DNA of 64,000 nucleotides from an uncultured delta proteobacterium (GTDB lineage: Bacteria > Desulfobacterota > Syntrophia > Syntrophales > UBA2185), in assembly GCA_963729715.1 (NCBI GenBank), contig CAVSPA010000003.1, forward strand, positions 64,001-128,000. Direction: 5' to 3'. The notes below the pieces were generated by a model. It was not told the DNA's origin. It did no database searches and worked only from the letters and a program-made list of their open reading frames with translations. Below, piece after piece: positions 9,360-18,592 of the stretch. The position numbers and the translations under genes are program-made. How positions within the stretch are numbered: the stretch's first letter is position 1; the number at the start of each line of letters is the position of its first letter.

Positions 9360-10571
9360 TCACTCAACAAGTTTCTTGAAATCAACGTCACTCCAGAGCG
9401 ACTGAAAGTTTTTGTTTGTTTTTGCTATTTTCTTAAGCGAGCTGTTGATACGTATTGCTTTCCCCAGCGCTGCGAGCGATTTTTCTTTCTCACCGATGAG
9501 GGCATAATACACCGCTATATTCCAATGCGTCCATGAATTATTCGGCGAGAGGCTAAGGCTTTTGTCAAAATCATCCAATGTCTTTCGTTTGTCCCCGAAG
9601 CCGTTGTGCGCCCATGCCCGCATTTGATAGACATACGGATTTTTGGGGTCCATTTGCGCAGCTTTATTCAAATCCGCGAGGGCCTGGTTGTAGTTGCCGA
9701 GGCCGCTATATGACCATCCCCGGTAAATGTATGGCCAGGCTACAGATGAGTCCAGGCTTATTGCTTTTTCTTCATCGAGAAGCCCCTGCCGGTAATTCTC
9801 GAGGAAGTTGTATGATGCGCCCCTGTTTACATATATCCACGGGTTCTTGGGGTCGATGTCAGAAGCTCTGTCAAACTCTTTCAACGCCTGATTATAATTT
9901 CCCAGTGTGTTCAGCGCCCATCCTTTGTTTATGTGGGCCCAGGAGCTCATGGGGTCAATTTCCACCGCGGTATTAAATGCACCAAGTCCCATTTCATAAT
10001 TTTCCGCATTCATGAAGGCTACACCTTTGTCGATCCATTCCTTAGCCTTCAGTTCAGCGACTGCCCTTGAATACTCATTCTGCTTACTCTCAAGGCGCTT
10101 CCCCGCAACACGTTCGTCCTGCAACTGTTTTATCTTGTTTAAGGCTTCGTCCACCTTCCTTTTCATTTCTTCCAATTCCCGGTTCTCCTTACTATTTTCT
10201 CTTAACCCCTCGAGGAATCTTGTTACATCCTGAGGGGCTATGGACATCTTTGCCTTTAGATAGTAAGTTCTTCCGTCCCATTTTTCGGTCAGGATCTCGG
10301 CCTGAACGATGCCGGCAGTCAGGGTTGTGATCCTGTCTTTGGTCAACTGGAAATCCTTTACGTCAGTCTCAGAGATAAGATAGGTGCCCACTTCTTCAAG
10401 CAGGAGCCTTTTCACCTGTTCGAGAGCAATTGTGCGGCTCGACATCTTGCTGTCAAAATCACTCGCCTGATAGGTATATTCTTTTATGAAGGTTTTTGTT
10501 TCAGCGAGGGCGGATGAAAAAGATAACAAGAGGTGCAAGGCAATAATTAGCGTGATTGTTTTTTTCATCAT
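9360..10571 (-). CDS. Secreted tetratricopeptide-repeat protein
   Basis: Signal peptide, coiled coil, then about 6 TPR units (e.g. WAHINKGWALNTLGNYNQALKEFDRASDIDP). Confidence 0.9.
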   Translation of the reverse strand: MMKKTITLIIALHLLLSFSSALAETKTFIKEYTYQASDFDSKMSSRTIALEQVKRLLLEEVGTYLISETDVKDFQLTKDRITTLTAGIVQAEILTEKWDGRTYYLKAKMSIAPQDVTRFLEGLRENSKENRELEEMKRKVDEALNKIKQLQDERVAGKRLESKQNEYSRAVAELKAKEWIDKGVAFMNAENYEMGLGAFNTAVEIDPMSSWAHINKGWALNTLGNYNQALKEFDRASDIDPKNPWIYVNRGASYNFLENYRQGLLDEEKAISLDSSVAWPYIYRGWSYSGLGNYNQALADLNKAAQMDPKNPYVYQMRAWAHNGFGDKRKTLDDFDKSLSLSPNNSWTHWNIAVYYALIGEKEKSLAALGKAIRINSSLKKIAKTNKNFQSLWSDVDFKKLVE

Positions 10572-10797
10572 CTACTCCTGCAAGAACAAAACCCCGCTTT
10601 TTTGAAGAACGGGGTATCGGTAAACTGTCCATGGTAGCATTGCCAATGCTAAAGGGTTTATGAATTTTAATTTCTGACATTACAGAGGTGTTTTTTAAAT
10701 ATCATGATTTGCATTAGAAATCTACTGTGAAAGGGGAGCCCGGATGTCTAAGACTGTCAGGAAGGAAACGGTAAATAGGAGAATGTTGAGTTCACCT

Positions 10798-10908
10798 TGT
10801 CACGCCTGGCTGCATCACTGAGAATCAACGATAACCGTTTGTACCGGTGAATATGCCACCATCTATGTTCTATCCAACTCTTTCTTCACGGCCAGTCCCA
10901 GCTTCTCT
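10798..10908. repeat. About 110-bp direct repeat, copy 1 (3' end of a receiver-domain gene plus downstream sequence)
   Basis: Near-identical to 31586-31696 (e.g. CCACCATCTATkTTCTATCCAACTCTkTCTTCACGGCCAGTCCCAG); the minus strand reads EKLGLAVKKELDRT*. Confidence 0.85.
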
Positions 10909-10929
10909 CCTGGAGTAGCCGGATTTATA

Positions 10930-11700
10930 TCAGTTATTATAATTTAAAGAGAATCTGATGGGGATATCCACAGTCACAGTGAGGGGCAAGTCCGCTTTTT
11001 TTGCTGGTTCAAATTTCCATGTCCTCACTGCCTCAAGGGCAGATCTATCCAATACTGCATATCCAGATGATTTTTTAATATTTAACCTGCCAACCCTTCC
11101 ATTGGCAAATATCTCCACGGAAAGAAGAACGATCCCTTCATAACCCCGCATACGTGCAATCAATGGATAGACAGGATGGGTATTTTCTCGATACCGTGGT
11201 ACAATCAGGGACACCGCTCCAATCGATGAATTGACGGATGTAATAGAATCGCCCTGAGCTTTATGGTCCTGCTGCATTGAGGCTAGATCCTTCGTTCCAG
11301 AACCGGTGAATTGAGGTATCGCAACAACTATGGGATTGATTGACTGCACCTCAGCAACGGGATGGCTTCTTGTTTCTGCAGGCAATCTGGCTCTTTCCTT
11401 TTTTTCAATTGGTTTAACCGCTGCCACAGGTTCAACAACCCCTTCACTGCTTTTGCTATACCCCTTTTCCTGTATCTTAGACTCGGGCAATTCATTTGAA
11501 TATGGTTTCTGTCCGGTATTCATCGGTATGAGGGATACATGAATGATTGGATCTTCGTCCAACTTTAATCTGGTAAAAATAGCAGTGCTAGTGATCAGAA
11601 TCAAGGCTACACATATATGCAAGACCAATGATGCAGAGACAGCATAAAGGATGTGTTTGTCTGTGTTTCCGTTATTCCTGAACGTTTCTCGAAACTGCAT
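10930..11700 (-). CDS. tonB: Energy transducer TonB
   Basis: N-terminal TM (SLVLH), C-terminal PVYPLIARMRGYEGIVLL...SSGYAVLDRSALEAVRTWKFEPA. Confidence 0.9.
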   Translation of the reverse strand: MQFRETFRNNGNTDKHILYAVSASLVLHICVALILITSTAIFTRLKLDEDPIIHVSLIPMNTGQKPYSNELPESKIQEKGYSKSSEGVVEPVAAVKPIEKKERARLPAETRSHPVAEVQSINPIVVAIPQFTGSGTKDLASMQQDHKAQGDSITSVNSSIGAVSLIVPRYRENTHPVYPLIARMRGYEGIVLLSVEIFANGRVGRLNIKKSSGYAVLDRSALEAVRTWKFEPAKKADLPLTVTVDIPIRFSLNYNN

Positions 11701-11938
11701 TCAATAATACTTTCTCTGGCAAGGGCACTCGCCATGCTATTAATGTCACCCTATTATCACTGGACTTTTATGGCCTCTCGGGTAATTGCCTTGCAATATA
11801 AAATTTAGCATAGTCTGTTTCAAATAGACCCGGTGGAACTAAATTGTTAATGAATGGCCCCCCTTGCCCCGATCCAAAACAATCACACATTGAAACAAGG
11901 GGGGCTCTTCAGGAGATTTCAAATAGTCGACCATTTCT

Positions 11939-12766
11939 TTATTTTCTTATTATTTTAAACCCGTTCTGCTTTCCGAGTGCCTCTATGACAGCCTCGTGCA
12001 CTGCCTTTCCTATCAGCTCGCCGATTCTGCTATGCCCTCCGGTGTAAGTAACCCTCGGCCCTGCCGTTCCTGAAACCACAATGACACTGTCTGTGCCTGT
12101 TCCTGTCGCCTGAACATTTTTTGTATAGCTGCTTGGAACGTTTAAGTCCTCAAAGGCTGCGGTCTTTGCCTCTGTTATGGTAATCATTGCCCTTGACATT
12201 GCGCCATCTGTAAGTTTTGCATTGGTAAGGATAAGGATATTCACCGTGCCTTTTGGCTCTTCGCCCTCTACATAAATGCCTTCATCGACGCCTGTGCGCA
12301 AAGCATTTGTTTTTGCACCTGCCGTAACCAGTGCAGTAACAATAAACGGCCTGTATTCTTTTGTCACCACCGCAAGATTATCCATATCAGCGGCAGTTCC
12401 CATTTCTGCGATGTCCTCACTTCTTATTCCGAGCCTTTTTGCAATCTTATTTTTTATCTTCTGCAAATAGACCTTTCCGCCATCCTCGTTCCCCGTCTTC
12501 ATCTCCAGGCTTACTTTCTTCCACAATTCCGGATGGGCAGAATGATTGACGACTGCCATTGCATCAATAAAGCCGTCACCGGAGGAAAGAACTCGTCTCT
12601 TATCAGGGAACTGAACAACTAAACTCTTTTCCCATAAACCATCCCTCTCCGCGTTCACTATAAACGCCTTTGCATTGAAGTTTTGTGTTAGGGTGATTTC
12701 TCCTGACACTACAATCGATGGAACAAAAAACAATAAAAAGATTGCAATAAACCATCTCATTCTCAT
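11939..12766 (-). CDS. cbiZ: Adenosylcobinamide amidohydrolase with an N-terminal signal peptide
   Basis: MGTAADMDN, VTAGAKTNA, GTVNILILTN, TITEAKTAA, ATGTGTDSVIVV; RBS GAAAGGA before ATG 12766. Confidence 0.85.
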   Translation of the reverse strand: MRMRWFIAIFLLFFVPSIVVSGEITLTQNFNAKAFIVNAERDGLWEKSLVVQFPDKRRVLSSGDGFIDAMAVVNHSAHPELWKKVSLEMKTGNEDGGKVYLQKIKNKIAKRLGIRSEDIAEMGTAADMDNLAVVTKEYRPFIVTALVTAGAKTNALRTGVDEGIYVEGEEPKGTVNILILTNAKLTDGAMSRAMITITEAKTAAFEDLNVPSSYTKNVQATGTGTDSVIVVSGTAGPRVTYTGGHSRIGELIGKAVHEAVIEALGKQNGFKIIRK

Positions 12767-12943
12767 CAGTGTCCTTTCTTCTGCGTATATTAAAATATCC
12801 GATTCACCGCGGCTGTAAATTTTCTCCTCGGCATTATGTAACCCAGGATATTGTTTGTCTCTATTGCAGGGTTTACCATAGATGCTGTGACTTAACCGGT
12901 TTATAGGTACCCTTCTCATTTACAATTGCGAAATCACCCTTTA

Positions 12944-13157
12944 TTAAGCTTTTCTTGCCCACTCAAGCAGCCGACAGTCCTTTTTAATGCTTTTTATACT
13001 GTCTGCCATCTCCTTCAGTGTCTTTACCGTGGCAGCATCCGGCAGGTTGGTGATTTCATCCGATTCAAACAACACCAGCTCAATGTCATCCACTTTGCCT
13101 GCCAGAAAGTTGACGTTAGGCAGGAGTTCCGACGGAATAGGGAAAACGGTTTTTCAG
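12944..13157 (-). pseudogene. cbiR: Relic of cobamide-remodeling phosphodiesterase CbiR N-terminus
   Basis: Manual translation LKNRFP / (frameshift) [41 protein letters not shown] matches recalled CbiR-family N-termini; located between btuB and cbiZ. Confidence 0.6.
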
Positions 13158-13170
13158 AAACCCGAATCCC

Positions 13171-15276
13171 TTAGAAGCTAAAGGAAAGCCCTCCTTTAAA
13201 TGAGATACCAGGCATGGGATAGAAGGTATCGGGAGCCCCCGGTCCATATGCCGGGGCATTATACGAGCCAAATGACGCATAACTTATATCGGCCAGATTA
13301 TCCACACCGATGAATGCCGTCATATTGACTTTACCAAAAAATGGTTTAGGTGGCTTATAAAAAAGATAAAGGTTGATGAGTGTATAACTTGGTAACTTCT
13401 CGTCAACGTTATAGTAGTCCTGAGACAGAAAGGCATCTCCCACATAGCGCACTTCGGGACGTAACATAAGGTCATAGGGAAGATAGATCTCCACGCCGGC
13501 ATTCGCCATCCGGTTGGGTACCAGAGCCAGCTCCTTTTGATTGTAGGGTCCATTCTCATAGGTAGCTTTATGATAGGTGAAATTGCCGTAGAGCCTGGCC
13601 CGTTTTTCCCAAAAATAAGATAAGGAAACCTCCACACCATCGTGGCGCGTGTTATCTTGATTTTTATTATAGCCTGTAAAGGGACCTGTAGCGTACCACG
13701 AGATTTCATCTTCCATATCGATCCTGAACAGGGTCAGTCCTATTTTTAGGTTATCCAGAGGATAAAATTGCGTACCCACCTCCATACTGACTCCTTTTTC
13801 TTGTTTAAGGTTATTGTTAAACAAGATACCTCCTCCGAAGCCATTTATAGAGGCCACTTCATCCAGAAAAGGGATACGATAGACGGTGCCATATTTTGCA
13901 AAGACCTTTGATTTCTGACCTACGAGCCAGGTCAGACCCACTTCATAGGACTCGCAATCGTAAGTTTGTTCCTGGCCTGTGAAATTATTGCCTGGATTCA
14001 CCATATCCGTATTGGACCCCTTGATGCTTGCCTGCTCCGATCGGTAACCGGCACTCAGAATCAGGGTTTTCAGGAGACTGAATTCATCCCGGGCATAGTA
14101 GCCCAAGCCGTCTCTTGTTAAATTGGCAGTACTGGTTTCTGAGGTTCTCTCGCGGCTACTGAAAAAGTCTTTCTGGTAGGGTTCGTGGTAATAATCCAGC
14201 CCCATAATCAATTTGTTATTGAAGCCGAAGATTTCCTTCGCCAGAATATATTTCGGGGTGATACTGTACGTATCCGTCCTGGTAGCTGAGAAGACACCCC
14301 AAGTCGTCATATTAGTCTGAATATCCTTATTACCATAAAGAAAATTGATATCGATTTCGCCCAGGGAACCTAAAAGAGATTTAATGCCCAGACTAGCATT
14401 CGTATATTTTTCGGAAGCATCATCGTTGTTAGAGGGTTGTTCAAATAACGATGGCGTAAGCGGCTGGTATTGCCGTGGGTTCTGTGCCATCTGAGCCGCC
14501 GTAAGGGTGCCCGGCATTTGATAGTCTATTTTGTTGAAGGAGACCTTTGAGGAAACACTGAGCCACTCGCTTACGTCATACCCCAAATTAAGGCCTCCTT
14601 GATCCGACAAGAATTTCGATCGTTCCCGGTAGCCGAAAGTAAAATTATTTTCCCCGGTCAACGCGTAGTTCCATTTGCCAGTGGAACCGCTAACGCTGAC
14701 CCGTTCATCATGGAGACCATAGCTTCCCATCTGGACGGAGGCATCGAATTTCGGTTCGCCTTGCCCCTTCTTGGTGATGATGTTGATGCTGCCGCCGATG
14801 GCCGCATCGCCATAGAGGACGCTGTTCGCACCGCGAACGACCTCGATTCTCTCGATGCTCCCCAAGGGGAACTGCATCCAGTTAACGGAAGCCATGTCAG
14901 GCCTGTTTATCCGCATACCATCCACCGTGACCAGGGTCTTGCCGAAAGGATTATCTCCCCCGAAGCCACGCATGTCGATGATCGATTGAGTGGAGTTGCC
15001 ACTGTAATCGCGAAATTGAATACTCTCCAATTTATCCAAAACTTCCACAATGTTCGTGGCTCCCGACTCTTTGATCTGTTGGGCTGTGATGACAGTAACA
15101 TTGGCGGGGACCTGGCGGATGTCTTGCTGGTCCCGGGTGGCCGTCACAACCACCTCTTCCATGGTTACGGTCGTTTCCGGTGCCGGCGCTTTGGCTTCAC
15201 CAAAAACGTTTGTAGGCATTAGCAGGACGGATAGGAACAAGGCACAAATTGGGAAACATTTCGCATAAAGCTTCAT
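13171..15276 (-). CDS. btuB: TonB-dependent receptor, probable cobamide receptor
   Basis: TonB box EEVVVTATR, plug IERIEVVRGANSVLYG, C-terminal F; directly downstream of a cobalamin riboswitch. Confidence 0.85.
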   Translation of the reverse strand: MKLYAKCFPICALFLSVLLMPTNVFGEAKAPAPETTVTMEEVVVTATRDQQDIRQVPANVTVITAQQIKESGATNIVEVLDKLESIQFRDYSGNSTQSIIDMRGFGGDNPFGKTLVTVDGMRINRPDMASVNWMQFPLGSIERIEVVRGANSVLYGDAAIGGSINIITKKGQGEPKFDASVQMGSYGLHDERVSVSGSTGKWNYALTGENNFTFGYRERSKFLSDQGGLNLGYDVSEWLSVSSKVSFNKIDYQMPGTLTAAQMAQNPRQYQPLTPSLFEQPSNNDDASEKYTNASLGIKSLLGSLGEIDINFLYGNKDIQTNMTTWGVFSATRTDTYSITPKYILAKEIFGFNNKLIMGLDYYHEPYQKDFFSSRERTSETSTANLTRDGLGYYARDEFSLLKTLILSAGYRSEQASIKGSNTDMVNPGNNFTGQEQTYDCESYEVGLTWLVGQKSKVFAKYGTVYRIPFLDEVASINGFGGGILFNNNLKQEKGVSMEVGTQFYPLDNLKIGLTLFRIDMEDEISWYATGPFTGYNKNQDNTRHDGVEVSLSYFWEKRARLYGNFTYHKATYENGPYNQKELALVPNRMANAGVEIYLPYDLMLRPEVRYVGDAFLSQDYYNVDEKLPSYTLINLYLFYKPPKPFFGKVNMTAFIGVDNLADISYASFGSYNAPAYGPGAPDTFYPMPGISFKGGLSFSF

Positions 15277-15321
15277 AGGACGTTTCTCCTTTCCCCCTCG
15301 GGAATAAAGTTATTTGGTCCA

Positions 15322-15475
15322 TCAGAAGAGTGTCCTGGCTTGCGGCTTTCTCCTACTCTCCACGCCTTCCCGATCTTCCCTATATGGAAGACCAGTGGCA
15401 TCCTGTGGATTTCGTTCCGCTCACAGTTGCGGGGCAGCGCCGGAGTTGGACCGGCTTCCTCCCTCCAATGGATGT
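15322..15475 (-). ncRNA. Cobalamin riboswitch (upstream of btuB; overlaps the end of btuD)
   Basis: Minus strand GGAAGCCGGTCCAACTCCGGCGCTGCCCCGCAACTGTGA...GCCACTG...GGGAAGGC...AAGCCAGGACAC (B12 box). Confidence 0.92.
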
Positions 15476-16251
15476 GAACTCAGAAGAGTGACACGTGGCT
15501 GACCGGTCACCGGATTCCTGTCGACTGTTACATTCGTTTCATAAACTTCCTTAATGTTTGATTCGTCAATTACTTCGTCAGGACTTCCCATGCAGTGTAT
15601 ACAACCGCTTCGTAGAAGAATAATCCTGTCACAATACAGCGATGCTAAATTGATGTCATGTGTTACGGCAATCACCGTGAGCGCCTGCTCTTTGTTTAAA
15701 GTCTTTACCAGATCAAAAAAATCAATCTGATGTTTTATATCCAGAAAGGCTGTAGGCTCGTCCAGGAGCATGATCTGTGGCTCCTGCGCGAGAGCCCTGG
15801 CTATCAAAACTCTCTGACGTTCTCCGCCGCTCAAGGCATTCATGCTCCGGTTCATCAGGGAAAGGGTATCCGTCATTTCCATGGACTGGTGGGCAATTCT
15901 GAAGTCTGTTTCTCCTTCAAATCTCCATTTGCTTAAATGCGGCGCCCTTCCCATCAGAACGATCTCCTGGACCGTGAAGGGAAAGATCATTGGGGAGTCC
16001 TGAGAGACAACGGCAATAGTTTTTGCAAGATTCCCCCTTTTGAGCTTTTTACAAGTAGTACCGTTGATCCATATTTCCCCTTCCTGTGGTTTGAGGATAC
16101 CGTCGATGACGTTAAGAAGGGTTGTCTTGCCGGAGCCGTTGGGGCCGAGTATTCCCCAAAACTCTCCCTTATTCACTTCGAAAGAGACATTCTTTAGAAC
16201 CCAGTGTTCGTTGTATCTGAATCCGATCTGTTCAAGTTTGATTATGGACAT
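15421..16251 (-). CDS. btuD: ABC transporter ATPase (cobalamin/Fe-siderophore type)
   Basis: GPNGSGKT, LSGGERQRV, LLDEPT, THDINLA. Confidence 0.9.
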   Translation of the reverse strand: MSIIKLEQIGFRYNEHWVLKNVSFEVNKGEFWGILGPNGSGKTTLLNVIDGILKPQEGEIWINGTTCKKLKRGNLAKTIAVVSQDSPMIFPFTVQEIVLMGRAPHLSKWRFEGETDFRIAHQSMEMTDTLSLMNRSMNALSGGERQRVLIARALAQEPQIMLLDEPTAFLDIKHQIDFFDLVKTLNKEQALTVIAVTHDINLASLYCDRIILLRSGCIHCMGSPDEVIDESNIKEVYETNVTVDRNPVTGQPRVTLLSSHPLEGGSRSNSGAAPQL

Positions 16252-16254
16252 AGA

Positions 16255-17349
16255 TCAGACGGCCCTCCTGCGTAAGAGGTAGATGAAATAGGGAGCCCCG
16301 CACATTGCAGTAATTACGCCCACCGGCAACTCGGCGGGGGCGATGATCGTTCTGGCGATGGTGTCGGCCACAATAAGAAATGAACTGCCAAAAAGCAAAG
16401 AAGAGGGAAGCAGCAGTCTGTGATCTGAGCCTAACAACATCCTCATCATGTGCGGAATGATCAGACCGACAAACCCGATGATGCCGCTTACCGATACCGC
16501 TACTCCTGTTACGAGAGATGCGGCAAGGAGGAGAATCTTCTTCGTTTGTTCCACATTCACACCAAGTTGCATTGCTGTTTCTTCGCCGGTGACAATGAGG
16601 TTTAGGTGTCTCGAGTAGATATAAATGACGATGAACCCGGATATCAGAAAGAGGCCGGTCAGCATTATCTCATTCCATTCGGCAAGGCTCAGGTCTCCCA
16701 TCATCCAGAACATGACACTATGGAGATTTCTATCGCTGCTAGTGAAAATCAGGAACATGATCAGGGCAGTGAAAAAGGCATTCACGATAACGCCTGCCAG
16801 GAGAAGGGTGGTGGAGTGGATTTCTTTTTTCGTTCTGGCAATTCCGTAGACCAGGATGATCGTGAGCAAGGCGCCTAAAAAGGCCAGCCCGGGAATTCCC
16901 AGAGGAATAATACTTATTCCCGTTATTATGGCAACTATGGCTCCTGCGGCTGATCCGCCTGATATCCCTAAGATATAAGGATCTGCAAGGGGGTTGCGGA
17001 GAAGTCCTTGAAATACAACACCGGCTACTGAAAGGGAAGCGCCAACAATTCCGGCAAAGATGATCCTGGGCAGACGAATGGAAAAAAGGATCGTCTTTTC
17101 CATCGGAAGAAGACTGGTGTTTCCTTCATACCAGCCTGACAGTAATCGCTTGAGGATAGAAAGCGTACCAATCTCGCTTGATCCAACTAACATGGAACTT
17201 GCCGAGACAACGATAATAACCGCCAAAAAAAAGAGGCTAACCCGAATGACCCGGGAGAGAGTTACAACCTTATCAGCCTTGCTATTGGTTATCGCTAAAA
17301 TTGAAATAGAGGAAAGAATAAAAATAGGTGAGAAATAAGATCTAAGCAA
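16255..17349 (-). CDS. btuC: FecCD/BtuC-family ABC permease (start uncertain)
   Basis: IRLPRI, LLRNPLADPYILGISGG, SGIIGFVGLIIPH, ELPVGVITA; TTG start after a GGGAGGG RBS. Confidence 0.9.
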   Translation of the reverse strand: MLRSYFSPIFILSSISILAITNSKADKVVTLSRVIRVSLFFLAVIIVVSASSMLVGSSEIGTLSILKRLLSGWYEGNTSLLPMEKTILFSIRLPRIIFAGIVGASLSVAGVVFQGLLRNPLADPYILGISGGSAAGAIVAIITGISIIPLGIPGLAFLGALLTIILVYGIARTKKEIHSTTLLLAGVIVNAFFTALIMFLIFTSSDRNLHSVMFWMMGDLSLAEWNEIMLTGLFLISGFIVIYIYSRHLNLIVTGEETAMQLGVNVEQTKKILLLAASLVTGVAVSVSGIIGFVGLIIPHMMRMLLGSDHRLLLPSSLLFGSSFLIVADTIARTIIAPAELPVGVITAMCGAPYFIYLLRRRAV

Positions 17350-17373
17350 TGTCCCTCCCGCGAGGATAATCAC

Positions 17374-17516
17374 GATGGACTGGTCTTCCGGCTTCGGGCA
17401 ACCTACTCACCCGCCTTCCCATCACGAACTGATCATGACAGTGGCTCTTTGGGTTTTCGTTCCCTTCACGGCTACGGGGCAGCGGGGGCTTTTAACCCCT
17501 CTTCCGCTAATCCACG
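17374..17516 (-). ncRNA. Cobalamin riboswitch (upstream of btuC)
   Basis: Minus strand GGAAGAGGGGTTAAAAGCCCCCGCTGCCCCGTAGCCGTGA...GCCACTG...GGGAAGGC...AAGCCGGAAGACC. Confidence 0.92.
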
Positions 17517-17598
17517 TGCATTCGCTTTTTATTTATAACAGCTCTGACATTGCTTCATAATAAAGAAAGAGCTATTTGTCAAGAGCAAATAGAAAGTT

Positions 17599-18459
17599 TC
17601 AATACTCTCTCAGAAAGCTCGCTATCTCATCGATTCCAGCAATAGCTGTGGGTGCCAGTCTGTATAGCGCTTCACTCGTGTAATAGATACGTCCTTTCTT
17701 GACGGCATCAAGCATGCCAAGCCTTCTTAACAGGCTCTTTGAACTTTCCTTGGTCATTATACCTTTCCCCATAAAAATGATATCGGGGGAACGGCGGATA
17801 AGCTCCTCAATAGAATATTTGGGGTATCGTGAACCTGCATCGGAGGCTATATTCTGCAATCCCAGGAGCTTGAAGGCATCGTCAATGACAGTTTTGGGTC
17901 CTGCAACAACCAGGGGTTCTGGTTGAATTATGAAAATCGCCTTTTTGTTAAAATAGCGAGGTGGGGATTTCTGGATATTCCTCTCGTACTTGCGAATCTG
18001 CCTCTCGATCTTTTCCGCCCTTTTGAAAGCCTGATCTCTTATACCAAGAACGACCCCTAAATCACGTATGCCCTGTGGCAGTTCCACAAGACGTTTTGCT
18101 CTAAATACGTACGTGTTAATACTGAGCTTCTTCAATCTACTCCTGATTTCCATAGGATTACCCTCATCGGCCATAATGACCAGATCGGGCGCAGCAGCAA
18201 TAATGGCCTCCAGAGATGGATTCGAAAAGGCGCCGATTTTCGGTTTTTCTTTAGCCCGTGGGGGATAATCACAATAAATGGTAACCGCTACGATCCGGTC
18301 TTCGAAGCCAAGGTCATAGAGGATCTCTGTAATAGAGGGTGCCAGAGAGACGATCCTTCCCGGTGGGGCAGAAAAGGCAGTACCGGAAAGATAAACAGTT
18401 AAAAACATGATGAGAAAACAAGCCTTCATCATGACGAGAAGTTTGTGTGAAGTTTCCAT
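17599..18459 (-). CDS. btuF: Periplasmic cobalamin-binding protein
   Basis: RIVSLAPSITEILYDLG, VTIYCDYP, SIEELIRRSPDII; start taken at ATG 18459. Confidence 0.9.
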   Translation of the reverse strand: METSHKLLVMMKACFLIMFLTVYLSGTAFSAPPGRIVSLAPSITEILYDLGFEDRIVAVTIYCDYPPRAKEKPKIGAFSNPSLEAIIAAAPDLVIMADEGNPMEIRSRLKKLSINTYVFRAKRLVELPQGIRDLGVVLGIRDQAFKRAEKIERQIRKYERNIQKSPPRYFNKKAIFIIQPEPLVVAGPKTVIDDAFKLLGLQNIASDAGSRYPKYSIEELIRRSPDIIFMGKGIMTKESSKSLLRRLGMLDAVKKGRIYYTSEALYRLAPTAIAGIDEIASFLREY

Positions 18460-18592
18460 GGCATACTTTCCTCTGCCTATCCGAACCAGCCTATCCAAAA
18501 TACACATATTGAGAGCTTTAAAATAGATTGAAAGTTTTGCAGAAGGGATTTGACCTGCCCCCAGAACATTTACAACATCCGGAGTTAGAGTT

